The notes under the pieces were generated by a model. It did not search any database, was not told where the DNA came from, and saw only the letters and a program-made list of their open reading frames with translations. This document shows, piece after piece, positions 27,901 to 42,900 of a stretch of 64,000 bases of DNA; within the stretch, counting starts at the first letter, position 1; the number at the start of each line of letters is the position of its first letter. The stretch comes from Azolla caroliniana (Eukaryota > Plantae > Polypodiophyta): NCBI GenBank assembly GCA_043228905.1, contig JBHGNT010000125.1, positions 8,953 through 72,952 of the forward strand, written 5' to 3'. The translations under genes and the position numbers were made by a program.

Positions 27901-30900
27901 CTTCTCAACTCCCTCCTCGAATTTACTAATTACTTCATGTCTCTCGACCTGAGTTCCAAAATCTTAATTTTTTAATTCCATATCATCGGTAACGTCGTTA
28001 GATTCGATTCGAATGTTTGAACACAAAAATCGGATATCACAAGGGCCAGGTATGAACATTTTAACATACTCACGCGCTCTTCTCAACTCCCTCCTCTAAT
28101 TTGGTAATTTCGTCATGTCTCTCGAACTGAGTTTCAAAATCTTGATTTTCTAATTCCATATCATAAGTAACATTGTTAGCTTCGATTCGAATGTTTGAAC
28201 ACAGAAATCGGATATCACACGGGCCAGGTATGAACATTTTAACTTACTTACGCGCTATTCTCAACTCCCTCCTCAAATTTGGTAATTTCGTCATGTCTCT
28301 CGACCTGAGTGTCAAAATCTGGATTTTTTAATTCCATATCATAGGTAGCGTTGTTAGCTTCGATTCGCATGTTTGAACACAAAAATCTGATATCACACTG
28401 GCTAGGTATGAACATTTTAATTTACTCACGCGCTATTGTCAACTCCCTCCTCAAATTTCGTAATTTCGTCATGTTTCTCGACCTGAGTTTCAAAATCTGG
28501 ATTTTGTAATTCCATATCATAACTAGCGTTGTTAGCTTCGATTCGCATGTTTGAACACCAAAATCGGATATCACACGGGCCAGGTATGAACATTTTAATT
28601 TTATCACGCGCTGTTCTCAACTCCCTCCTCAAATTTGGTAATTTCGTCATGTCTCCCGAACTGAGTTTCAAAATCTTGATTTTCTAATTCCATATAATAG
28701 GTAACGTTGTTAGCTTCGATTCGCATATTTGAACACAGAAATCCGATATCACACGAGCCAGGTATGAACATTTAAATTTACGCACACGCACTTCTCAACT
28801 CCCTCCTCAAATTTGGTAATTTCGTCATGTCTCTCGACCTGAGTGTCAAAATCTGGATTTTTTAATTCCATATCATAGCTAGCGTTGTTAGCTTCGATTC
28901 GAATGTTTGAACACAAAAATCCGATATCACACGGCCCAGGTATGAACATTTTCACTTACTCACGCGCTATTCTCAACTGTCGCTGGACCTAGGTTTCAAA
29001 ATCTGGATTTTGTAATTCCATATCATAGCTAGCGTTGTTAGCTTCGATTCGTATGTTTGAACACTAAAATCCGATTTCGAATGGGCCAGGTATGAACATT
29101 TTAATTTACTCACGCCTTCTTCTCAACTCCCGGCTCGAATTTACTAATTACTTTATGTGTCTCGACCTGAGTTTCAAAATCTTGATTTTTAAATTCCATA
29201 TCATCGGTAACGTTGTTAGCTTCGATTCGAATGTTTGAACACAAAAATCCGATATCACACTGGCCAGGTATGAACATTTTAATTTTATCACGCGCTGTTC
29301 TCAACTCCCTCCTCAAATTTGGTAATTTCGTCATGTCTCTCGAACTGAGTTTCAAAATCTTGATTTTTTTATTCCATATCATACGTAACGTTGTTAGCTT
29401 CGATTCACATTTTTGAAAACCAAAATCCGATATCACACGGGCCAGGTATGAACATTTTAACTTACTCACGCGCTCTTCTCAACTCCCTCCTCTAATTTGG
29501 TAATTTCGTCATGTTTCTCGACCTGAGTTTCAAAATCTGGATTTTGTAATTCCATATCATAACTAGCGTTGTTAGCTTCGATTCGCATGTTTGAACACCA
29601 AAATCGGATATCACACGGGCCAGGTATGAACATTTTAATTTTATCACACGCTGTTCTCAACTCCCTCCTCAAATTTGGTAATTTCGTCATGTCTCCCGAA
29701 CTAAGTTTCAAAATCTTGATTTTTAAATTCCATATCATAGGTAACGTTGTTAGCTTCGATTCGCATGTTTGAACACGAAAATCCGATATCACACGAGCCA
29801 GGTATGAACATTTAAATTTACGCACGCGCTCTTCTCAACTCCCTCCTCAAATTTGGTAATTTCGTCATGTCTCTCGACCTGAGTGTCAAAATCTTGATTT
29901 TTTAATTCCATATCATAGCTAGCGTTGTTAGCTTCGATTCGCATGTTTGAACACAAAAATCGGATATCACACGGTCCAGGTATGAACATTTTAACTTACT
30001 CACGCGCTCATTTCAACTCCCTCCTCAAATTTGATAATTTCGTCATGTCTCCCGAACTGAGTTTCAAAATCTTGATTTTCTAATTCCATATAATAGGTAA
30101 CGTTGTTAGCTTCGATTCGCATGTTTGAATACAAAAATCCGATATCACACGAGCCAAGTATGAACATTTAAATTTACTCACGCGCTATTCTCAACTCCCT
30201 CCTTAAATTTGGTAATTTCGTCATGTCTCTTGACCTGAGTGTCAAAATCTGGATTTTGTAATTCCATATCATAGCTAGCGTTGTTAGCTTCGATTCGCAT
30301 GTTTGAACACCAAAATCCGATATCGAATGGGCCAGGTATGAACATTTTAATTTACTCACGCCTTCTTCTCAACTCCCTCATCGAATTTACTAATTTCTTC
30401 ATGTCTGTCGACCTGAGTTTTAAAATCTTGATTTTTAAATTCCATATCATAGGTAACGTTGTTAGCTTCGATTCGATTGTTTGAACACAAAAATCCGATA
30501 TCACAAGGGCCAGGTATGAACATTTTAACATACTCACGCGCTCTATATTATAGGTAGCGTTGTTAGCTTCGATTCGAATGTTTGAACACAAAAATCCGAT
30601 ATCACACGAGCCAGGAATGAACATTTTAACATACTGACGTGCGCTTCTCAACTCCCTCCTCAAATTTGGTAATTTTGTCATGTCTCTCGACCTGAGTTCC
30701 AAAATCTTAATTTTTTAATTCCATATCATCGGTAACGTCGTTAGATTCGATTCAAATGTTTGAACACAAAAATCGGATATCACACGGGCCAGGTATGAAC
30801 ATTTTAACTTACTCACGCACTCTTCTCAATTCCCTCCTCAAATTTGGTAATTTCGTCATGTCGCTTGACCTGGGTTTCAAAATCTGGATTTTGTAATTCC

Positions 30901-33900
30901 ATATCATAGCTAGCGTTGTTAGCTTCGATTCGTATGTTTGAACACTAAAATCCGATATCGAATGGGCCAGGTATGAACATTTTAATTTACTCACGCCTTC
31001 TTCTCAACTCCCGGCTCGAATTTACTAATTTCTTCATGTCTCTCGACCTAAGTTTCAAAATCTTGATTTTTAAATTCCATATCATAGGTAACGTAGTTAG
31101 CTTCGATTCGTATGTTTGAACACAAAAATCCGATATCACACGGGCCAGGTATGAACATTTTAACTTACTCACGCGCTCTTCTAAACTCCCTCCTCCAATT
31201 TGGTAATTTCGTCATGTCTCTCGAACTGAGTTTCAAAATCTTGATTTTTTAATTCCATATCATAACTAGCGTTGTTAGCTTCGATTCGCATGTTTGAACA
31301 CCAAAATCCGATATCACACGGGCCAAGTATGAACATTTTAACTTACGCACGCGCTCTTCTCAACTCCCTCCTCAAATTTGGTAATTTCGTCATGTTTCTT
31401 GAACTCAGTTTCAAAATCTTGATTTTTTAATTCCATATCATACGTAACGTTGTTAGCTTCGATTCACATGTTTGAACACAAAAATCCGATATCACACGGG
31501 CCAGGTATGAACATTTTAACTTACGCACGCGCTCTTCTCAACTCCCTCCTCAAATTTGGTAATTTCGTCATGTCTCTCGACCTGGGTTTCAAAATCTTGA
31601 TTTTGTAATTCCATAGCATAGGTAACGTTGTTATCTTCGATTCGAATGTTTGTCCACAAAAATCCGAGATCACACGGTCCAGGTATCAACATTTTAACTT
31701 ACTCACGCGCTGTTCTCAACTCCCTCCTCAAATTTGGTAATTTCGTCATGTCTCTCGACCTGAGTGTCAAAATCTGGATTTTTTAATTCCATATCATAGC
31801 TAGCGTTGTTAGCTTCGATTCGAATGTTTGAACACAAAAATCCGATATCACACGGCCCAGGTATGAACATTTTCACTTACTCACGCGCTATTCTCAACTC
31901 CCTCCTGAAATTTGGTAATTTCGTCATGTCGCTTGACCTGGGTTTCAAAATCTGGATTTTGTAATTCCATATCATAGCTAGCGTTGTTAGCTTCGATTCG
32001 TATGTTTGAACACTAAAATCCGATTTCGAATGGGCCAGGTATGAACATTTTAATTTACTCACGCCTTCTTCTCAAGTCCCGGCTCGAATTTACTAATTTC
32101 TTCATGTCTCTCGACCTAAGTTTCAAAATCTTGATTTTTAAATTCCATATCATAGGTAACGTTGTTAGCTTCGATTCGTATGTTTGAACACAAAAATCTG
32201 ATATCACACTGGCTAGGTATGAACATTTTAATTTACTCACGCGCTATTGTCAACTCCCTCCTCAAATTTCGTAATTTCGTCATGTTTCTCGACCTGAGTT
32301 TCAAAATCTGGATTTTGTAATTCCATATCATAACTAGCGTTGTTAGCTTCGATTCGCATGTTTGAACACCAAAATCGGATATCACACGGGCCAGGTAAGA
32401 ACATTTTAATTTTATCACGCGCTGTTCTCAACTCCCTCCTCAAATTTGGTAATTTCGTCATGTCTATCGAACTGAGTTTCAAAATTTTGATTTTTTAATT
32501 CCATATCATACGTAGCGTTGTTAGCTTCGATTCGCATGTTTGAACACAAAAATCTGATATCACACTGGCTAGGTATGAACATTTTAATTTACTCACGCGC
32601 TATTGTCAACTCCCTCCTCAAATTTCGTAATTTCGTCATGTTTCTCGACCTGAGTTTCAAAATCTGGATTTTGTAATTCCATATCATAACTAGCGTTGTT
32701 AGCTTCGATTCGCATGTTTGAACACCAAAATCCGATATCACACGGGCCAGGTATGAACATTTTAACTTACTCACGCGCTATTCTCAACTCCCTCCTCAAA
32801 TTTGGTAATTTTGTCATGTCTCCCGAACTGAGTTTCAAAATCTTGATTTTCTAATTCCATATAATAGGTAACGTTGTTAGCTTCGATTCGCATATTTGAA
32901 CACAAAAATCCGATATCACACGAGCCAGGTATGAACATTTAAATTTACGCACGCGCTCTTCTCAACTCCCTCCTCAAATTTGGTAATTTCGTCATGTCTC
33001 TCGACCTGAGTATCAAAATCTGGATTTTTTAATTCCATATCATAGGTAGCGTTGTTAGCTTCGATTCGAATGTTTGAACACAAAAATCCGATATCACACG
33101 GCCCAGGTATGAACATTTTCACTTACTCACGCGCTATTCTCAACTCCCTGCTCAAATTTGGTAATTTCGTCATGTCTCTCGACCTGAATTTCAAAATTTG
33201 GATTTTGTAATTCCATATGATAGCTAGCGTTGTTAGCTTCGATTCGCATGTTTGAACACCAAAATCCGATATCGAATGGGCCAGGTATGAACATTTTAAT
33301 TTACTCACGCCTTCTTCTCAACTCCCTCCTCGAATTTACTAATTACTTCATGTCTCTCGACCTGAGTTCCAAAATCTTAATTTTTTAATTCCATATCATC
33401 GGTAACGTCGTTAGATTCGATTCGAATGTTTGAACACAAAAATCGGATATCACAAGGGCCAGGTATGAACATTTTAACATACTCACGCGCTCTTCTCAAC
33501 TCCCTCCTCTAATTTGGTAATTTCGTCATGTCTCTCGAACTGAGTTTCAAAATCTTGATTTTCTAATTCCATATCATAAGTAACATTGTTAGCTTCGATT
33601 CGAATGTTTGAACACAGAAATCGGATATCACACGGGCCAGGTATGAACATTTTAACTTACTTACGCGCTATTCTCAACTCCCTCCTCAAATTTGGTAATT
33701 TCGTCATGTCTCTCGACCTGGGTTTCGAAATCTGGATTTTTTAATTCCATATCATAGGTAGCGTTGTTAGCTTCGATTCGCATGTTTGAACACAAAAATC
33801 TGATATCACACTGGCTAGGTATGAACATTTTAATTTACTCACGCGCTATTGTCAACTCCCTCCTCAAATTTCGTAATTTCGTCATGTTTCTCGACCTGAG

Positions 33901-36900
33901 TTTCAAAATCTGGATTTTGTAATTCCATATCATAACTAGCGTTGTTAGCTTCGATTCGCATGTTTGAACACCAAAATCGGATATCACACGGGCCAGGTAT
34001 GAACATTTTAATTTTATCACGCGATGTTCTCAACTCCCTCCTCAAATTTGGTAATTTCGTCATGTCTCCCGAACTGAGTTTCAAAATCTTGATTTTCTAA
34101 TTCCATATAATAGGTAACGTTGTTAGCTTCGATTCGCATATTTGAACACAGAAATCCGATATCACACGAGCCAGGTATGAACATTTAAATTTACGCACAC
34201 GCACTTCTCAACTCCCTCCTCAAATTTGGTCATTTCGTCATGTCTCTCGACCTGAGTGTCAAAATCTGGATTTTTTAATTCCATATCATAGCTAGCGTTG
34301 TTAGCTTCGATTCGAATGTTTGAACACAAAAATCCGATATCACACGGCCCAGGTATGAACATTTTCACTTACTCACGCGCTATTCTCAACTCCCTGCTCA
34401 AATTTGGTAATTTCGTCATGTCTCTCGACCTGAATTTCAAAATTTGGATTTTGTAATTCAATATGATAGCTAGCGTTGTTAACTTCGATTCGCATGTTTG
34501 AACACCAAAATCCGATATCGAATGGGCCAGGTATGAACATTTTAATTTCCTCACGCCTTCTTCTCAACTCCCTCCTCGAATTTACTAATTACTTTATGTG
34601 TCTCGACCTGAGTTTCAAAATCTTGATTTTTTAATTCCATATCATCGGTAACGTCGTTAGATTCGATTCGAATGTTTGAACACAAAAATCCGATATCACA
34701 CAGGCCAGGTATGAACATTTTAATTTTATCACGCGCTGTTCTCAACTCCCTCCTCAAATTTGGTAATTTCGTCATGTCTCTCGAACTGAGTTTCAAAATC
34801 TTGATTTTTTATTCCATATCATACGTAACGTTGTTAGCTTCGATTCACATTTTTGAAAACCAAAATCCGATATCACACGGGCCAGGTATGAACATTTTAA
34901 CTTACTCACGCGCTCTTCTCAACTCCCTCCTCTAATTTGGTAATTTCGTCATGTTTCTCGACCTGAGTTTCAAAATCTGGATTTTGTAATTCCATATCAT
35001 AACTAGCGTTGTTAGCTTCGATTCGCATGTTTGAACACCAAAATCGGATATCACACGGGCCAGGTATGAACATTTTAATTTTATCACACGCTGTTCTCAA
35101 CTCCCTCCTCAAATTTGGTAATTTCGTCATGTCTCCCGAACTGAGTTTCAAAATCTTGATTTTCTAATTCCAGATTATAGGTAACGTTGTTAGCTTCGAT
35201 TCGCATATTTGAACACAGAAATCCGATATCACACGAGCCAGGTATGAACATTTAAATTTACGCACGCGCTCTTCTCAACTCCCTCCTCAAATTTGGTAAT
35301 TTCCTCATGTCTCTTGACCTGAGTGTCAAAATTTGGATTTTTTAATTCCATATCATAGCTAGCGTTGTTAGCTTCGATTCGAATGTTTGAACACAAAAAT
35401 CCGATATCACACGGCCCAGGTATGAACATTTTCACTTACTCACGCGCTATTCTCAACTCCCTGCTCAAATTTGGTAATTTCGTCATGTCTCTCGACCTGA
35501 ATTTCAAAATTTGGATTTTGTAATTTCATATGATAGCTAGCGTTGTTAACTTCGATTCGCATGTTTGAACACCAAAATCCGATATCGAATGGGCCAAGTA
35601 TGAACATTTTAATTTACTCACGGCTTCTTCTCAACTCCCTCCTCGAATTTACTAATTTCTTCATGTCTCTCGACCTGAGTTACGCACAAAAATCCGATAT
35701 CACACGAGCCAGGTATGAACATTTAAATTTACGCACGCGCTCTTCTCAACTCCCTCCTCAAATTTGGTAATTTCGTCATGTTTCTTGAACTCAGTTTCAA
35801 AATCTTGATTTTTTAATTCCATATCATACGTAACGTTGTTAGCTTCGATTCACATGTTTGAACACCAAAATCCGATATCACACGGGCCAGGTATGAACAT
35901 TTTAACTTACGCACGCGCTCTTTTCAACTCCCTCCTCAAATTTGGTAATTTCGTCATGTCTCTCGACCTGGGTTTCAAAATCTTGATTTTGTAATTCCAT
36001 AGCATAGGTAACGTTGTTATCTTCGATTCAAATGTTTGTCCACAAAAATCCGAGATCACACGGTCCAGGTATCAACATTTTAACTTACTCACGCGCTGTT
36101 CTCAACTCCCTCCTCAAATTTGGTAATTTCGTCATGTCTCTCGACCTGAGTGTCAAAATCTAGATTTTTTAATTCCATATCATAGCTAGCGTTGTTAGCT
36201 TCGATTCGAATGTTTGAACACAAAAATCCGATATCACACGGCCCAGGTATGAACATTTTCACTTACTCACGCGCTATTCTCAACTCCCTCCTGAAATTTG
36301 GTAATTTCGTCATGTCGCTTGACCTGGGTTTCAAAATCTGGATTTTGTAATTCGATATCATAGCTAGCGTTGTTAGCTTCGATTCGTATGTTTGAACACT
36401 AAAATCCGATTTCGAATGGGCCAGGTATGAACATTTTAATTTACTCACGCCTTCTTCTCAACTCCCGGCTCGAATTTACTAATTTCTTCATGTCTCTCGA
36501 CCTAAGTTTCAAAATCTTGATTTTTAAATTCCATATCATACGTAGCGTTGTTAGCTTCGATTCGCATGTTTGAACACAAAAATCTGATATCACACTGGCT
36601 AGGTATGAACATTTTAATTTACTCACGCGCTATTGTCAACTCCCTCCTCAAATTTCGTAATTTCGTCATGTTTCTCGACCTGAGTTTCAAAATCTGGATT
36701 TTGTAATTCCATATCATAACTAGCGTTGTTAGCTTCGATTCGCATGTTTGAACACCAAAATCCGATATCACACGGGCCAGGTATGAACATTTTAACTTAC
36801 TCACGCGCTATTCTCAACTCCCTCAAATTTGGTAATTTTGTCATGTCTCCCGAACTGAGTTTCAAAATCTTGATTTTCTAATTCCATATAATAGGTAACG

Positions 36901-39900
36901 TTGTTAGCTTCGATTCGCATATTTGAACACAAAAATCCGATATCACACGAGCCAGGTATGAACATTTAAATTTACGCACGCGCTCTTCTCAACTCCCTCC
37001 TCAAATTTGGTAATTTCGTCATGTCTCTCGACCTGAGTATCAAAATCTGGATTTTTTAATTCCATATCATAGGTAGCGTTGTTAGCTTCGATTCGAATGT
37101 TTGAACACAAAAATCCGATATCACACGGCCCAGGTATGAACATTTTCACTTACTCACGCGCTATTCTCAACTCCCTCCTCCAATTTGGTAATTTCGTCAT
37201 GTTTCTCGACCTGAGTTTCAAAATCTGGATTTTTTAATTCCATATCATAACTAGCGTTGTTAGCTTCGATTCGCATGTTTGAACACCAAAATCCGATATC
37301 ACACGGGCCAAGTATGAACATTTTAACTTACGCACGCGCTCTTCTCAACTCCCTCCTCAAATTTGGTAATTTCGTCATGTCTCTCGACCTGGGTTTCAAA
37401 ATCTTGATTTTGTAATTCCATAGCATAGGTAACGTTGTTATCTTCGATTCAAATGTTTGTCCACAAAAATCCGAGATCACACGGTCCAGGTATCAACATT
37501 TTAACTTACTCACGCGCTGTTCTCAACTCCCTCCTCAAATTTGGTAATTTCGTCATGTCTCTCGACCTGAGTGTCAAAATCTAGATTTTTTAATTCCATA
37601 TCATAGCTAGCGTTGTTAGCTTCGATTCGAATGTTTGAACACAAAAATCCGATATCACACGGCCCAGGTATGAACATTTTCACTTACTCACGCGCTATTC
37701 TCAACTCCCTCCTGAAATTTGGTAATTTCGTCATGTCGCTTGACCTGGGTTTCAAAATCTGGATTTTGTAATTCGATATCATAGCTAGCGTTGTTAGCTT
37801 CGATTCGTATGTTTGAACACTAAAATCCGATTTCGAATGGGCCAGGTATGAACATTTTAATTTACTCACGCCTTCTTCCCAACTCCCGGCTCGAATTTAC
37901 TAATTTCTTCATGTCTCTCGACCTAAGTTTCAAAATCTTGATTTTTAAATTCCATATCATAGGTATGAACATTTTCACTTACTCACGCGCTATTCTCAAC
38001 TCCCTCCTGAAATTTGGTAATTTCGTCATGTCGCTTGACCTGGGTTTCAAAATCTGGATTTTGTAATTCCATATCATAGCTAGCGTTGTTAACTTCGATT
38101 CGCATGTTTGAACACCAAAATCCGATATCGAATGGGCCAGGTATGAACATTTTAATTTACTCACGCCTTCTTCTCAACTCCCTCCTCGAATTTACTAATT
38201 ACTTCATGTCTCTCGACCTGAGTTCCAAAATCTTAATTTTTTAATTCCATATCATCGGTAACGTCGTTAGATTCGATTCGAATGTTTGAACACAAAAATC
38301 GGATATCACACGGTCCAGGTATGAACATTTTAACATACGCACGCGCTCTTCTCAACTCCCTCCTCCAATTTTAACATACGCACGCGCTCTCGACCTGGGT
38401 TTCAAAATCTTGATTTTGCAATTCCATATCATAGGCAACGTTGTTAGCTTCGATTCGAATGTTTGACCACAAAAATCCGAGATAACACGGTCCAGGTATC
38501 AACATTTTAACTTACTCACGCGCTGTTTTCAACTCCCTCCTCAAATTTGGTAATTTCGTCATGTCTCGCGAACTGAGTTTCAAAATCTTGATTTTCTAAT
38601 CCCATATCATAGATATCGAATGGGCCAGGTATGAACATTTTAATTTACTCACGCCTTCTTCTCAACTCTCTCCTCAAATTTGGTAATTTCGTGATGTCTC
38701 TCGATCTGGATTTTTTAATTCCATATCATAGGTAATGTTGTTAGCTTCGATTCGAATATTTGAACACAAAAATCCGATATCACACGAGCCAGGTATGAAC
38801 ATTTAAATTTACGCACGCGCTCTTCTCAACTCCCTCCTCAAATTTGGTAATTTCGTCATGTCTCTCGACCTGAGTGTCAAAATCTGGATTTTTTAATTCC
38901 ATATCATAGCTAGCGTTGTTAGCTTCGATTCGCATGTTTGAACACAAAAATCGGATATCACACGGTCCAGGTATGAACATTTTAACTTACTCACGCGCTC
39001 ATCTCAACTCCCTCCTCAAATTTGATAATTTCGTCATGTCTCCCGAACTGAGTTTCAAAATCTTGATTTTCTAATTCCATATAATAGGTAACGTTGTTAG
39101 CTTCGATTCGCATGTTTGAATACAAAAATCCGATATCACACGAGCCAAGTATGAACATTTAAATTTACTCACGCGCTATTCTCAACTCCCTCCTTAAATT
39201 TGGTAATTTCGTCATGTCTCTTGACCTGAGTGTCAAAATCTGGATTTTGTAATTCCATATCATAGCTAGCGTTGTTAGCTTCGATTCGCATGTTTGAACA
39301 CCAAAATCCGATATCGAATGGGCCAGGTATGAACATTTTAATTTACTCACGCCTTCTTCTCAACTCCCTCATCGAATTTACTAATTTCTTCATGTCTGTC
39401 GACCTGAGTTTTAAAATCTTGATTTTTAAATTCCATATCATAGGTAACGTTGTTAGCTTCGATTCGATTGTTTGAACACAAAAATCCGATATCACAAGGG
39501 CCAGGTATGAACATTTTAACATACTCACGCGCTCTATATTATAGGTAGCGTTGTTAGCTTCGATTCGAATGTTTGAACACAAAAACCCGATATCACACGA
39601 GCCAGGAATGAACATTTTAACATACTGACGTGCGCTTCTCAACTCCCTCCTCAAATTTGGTAATTTTGTCATGTCTCTCGACCTGAGTTCCAAAATCTTA
39701 ATTTTTTAATTCCATATCATCGGTAACGTCGTTAGATTCGATTCAAATGTTTGAACACAAAAATCGGATATCACACGGGCCAGGTATGAACATTTTAACT
39801 TACTCACGCACTCTTCTCAATTCCCTCCTCAAATTTGGTAATTTCGTCATGTCGCTTGACCTGGGTTTCAAAATCTGGATTTTGTAATTCCATATCATAG

Positions 39901-42900
39901 CTAGCGTTGTTAGCTTCGATTCGTATGTTTGAACACTAAAATCCGATATCGAATGGGCCAGGTATGAACATTTTAATTTACTCACGCCTTCTTCTCAACT
40001 CCCGGCTCGAATTTACTAATTTCTTCATGTCTCTCGACCTAAGTTTCAAAATCTTGATTTTTAAATTCCATATCATAGGTAACGTAGTTAGCTTCGATTC
40101 GTATGTTTGAACACAAAAATCCGATATCACACGGGCCAGGTATGAACATTTTAACTTACTCACGCGCTCTTCTAAACTCCCTCCTCCAATTTGGTAATTT
40201 CGTCATGTCTCTCGAACTGAGTTTCAAAATCTTGATTTTTTAATTCCATATCATAACTAGCGTTGTTAGCTTCGATTCGCATGTTTGAACACCAAAATCC
40301 GATATCACACGGGCCAAGTATGAACATTTTAACTTACGCACGCGCTCTTCTCAACTCCCTCCTCAAATTTGGTAATTTCGTCATGTTTCTTGAACTCAGT
40401 TTCAAAATCTTGATTTTTTAATTCCATATCATACGTAACGTTGTTAGCTTCGATTCACATGTTTGAACACCAAAATCCGATATCACACGGGCCAGGTATG
40501 AACATTTTAACTTACGCACGCGCTCTTCTCAACTCCCTCCTCAAATTTGGTAATTTCGTCATGTCTCTCGACCTGGGTTTCAAAATCTTGATTTTGTAAT
40601 TCCATAGCATAGGTAACGTTGTTATCTTCGATTCAAATGTTTGTCCACAAAAATCCGAGATCACACGGTCCAGGTATCAACATTTTAACTTACTCACGCG
40701 CTGTTCTCAACTCCCTCCTCAAATTTGGTAATTTCGTCATGTCTCTCGACCTGAGTGTCAAAATCTGGATTTTTTAATTCCATATCATAGCTAGCGTTGT
40801 TAGCTTCGATTCGAATGTTTGAACACAAAAATCCGATATCACACGGCCCAGGTATGAACATTTTCACTTACTCACGTGCTATTCTCAACTCCCTCCTGAA
40901 ATTTGGTAATTTCGTCATGTCGCTTGACCTGGGTTTCAAAATCTGGATTTTGTAATTCCATATCATAGCTAGCGTTGTTAGCTTCGATTCGTATGTTTGA
41001 ACACAACAATCCGATTTCGAATGGGGCAGGTATGAACATTTTAATTTACTCACGCCTTCTTCTCAACTCCCGGCTCGAATTTACTAATTTCTTCATGTCT
41101 CTCGACCTAAGTTTCAAAATCTTGATTTTTAAATTCCATATCATAGGTAACGTTGTTAGCTTCGATTCGTATGTTTGAACACAAAAATCTGATATCACAC
41201 TGGCTAGGTATGAACATTTTAATTTACTCACGCGCTATTGTCAACTCCCTCCTCAAATTTCGTAATTTCGTCATGTTTCTCGACCTGAGTTTCAAAATCT
41301 GGATTTTGTAATTCCATATCATAACTAGCGTTAGCTTCGATTCGCATGTTTGAACACCAAAATCGGATATCACACGGGCCAGGTAAGAACATTTTAATTT
41401 TATCACGCGCTGTTCTCAACTCCCTCCTCAAATTTGGTAATTTCGTCATGTCTATCGAACTGAGTTTCAAAATTTTGATTTTTTAATTCCATATCATACG
41501 TAGCGTTGTTAGCTTCGATTCGCATGTTTGAACACAAAAATCTGATATCACACTGGCTAGGTATGAACATTTTAATTTACTCACGCGCTATTGTCAACTC
41601 CCTCCTCAAATTTCGTAATTTCGTCATGTTTCTCGACCTGAGTTTCAAAATCTGGATTTTGTAATTCCATATCATAACTAGCGTTGTTAGCTTCGATTCG
41701 CATGTTTGAACACCAAAATCCGATATCACACGGGCCAGGTATGAACATTTTAACTTACTCACGCGCTATTCTCAACTCCCTCCTCAAATTTGGTAATTTT
41801 GTCATGTCTCCCGAACTGAGTTTCAAAATCTTGATTTTCTAATTCCATATAATAGGTAACGTTGTTAGCTTCGATTCGCATATTTGAACACAAAAATCCG
41901 ATATCACACGAGCCAGGTATGAACATTTAAATTTACGCACGCGCTCTTCTCAACTCCCTCCTCAAATTTGGTAATTTCGTCATGTCTCTCGACCTGAGTA
42001 TCAAAATCTGGATTTTTTAATTCCATATCATAGGTAGCGTTGTTAGCTTCGATTCGAATGTTTGAACACAAAAATCCGATATCACACGGCCCAGGTATGA
42101 ACATTTTCACTTACTCACGCGCTATTCTCAACTCCCTGCTCAAATTTGGTAATTTCGTCATGTCTCTCGACCTGAATTTCAAAATTTGGATTTTGTAATT
42201 CCATATGATAGCTAGCGTTGTTAGCTTCGATTCGCATGTTTGAACACCAAAATCCGATATCGAATGGGCCAGGTATGAACATTTTAATTTACTCACGCCT
42301 TCTTCTCAACTCCCTCCTCGAATTTACTAATTACTTCATGTCTCTCGACCTGAGTTCCAAAATCTTAATTTTTTAATTCCATATCATCGGTAACGTCGTT
42401 AGATTCGATTCGAATGTTTGAACACAAAAATCGGATATCACAAGGGCCAGGTATGAACATTTTAACATACTCACGCGCTCTTCTCAACTCCCTCCTCTAA
42501 TTTGGTAATTTCGTCATGTCTCTCGAACTGAGTTTCAAAATCTTGATTTTCTAATTCCATATCATAAGTAACATTGTTAGCTTCGATTCGAATGTTTGAA
42601 CACAGAAATCGGATATCACACGGGCCAGGTATGAACATTTTAACTTACTTACGCGCTATTCTCAACTCCCTCCTCAAATTTGGTAATTTCGTCATGTCTC
42701 TCGACCTGAGTGTCAAAATCTGGATTTTTTAATTCCATATCATAGGTAGCGTTGTTAGCTTCGATTCGCATGTTTGAACACAAAAATCTGATATCACACT
42801 GGCTAGGTATGAACATTTTAATTTACTCACGCGCTATTGTCAACTCCCTCCTCAAATTTCGTAATTTCGTCATGTTTCTCGACCTGAGTTTCAAAATCTG

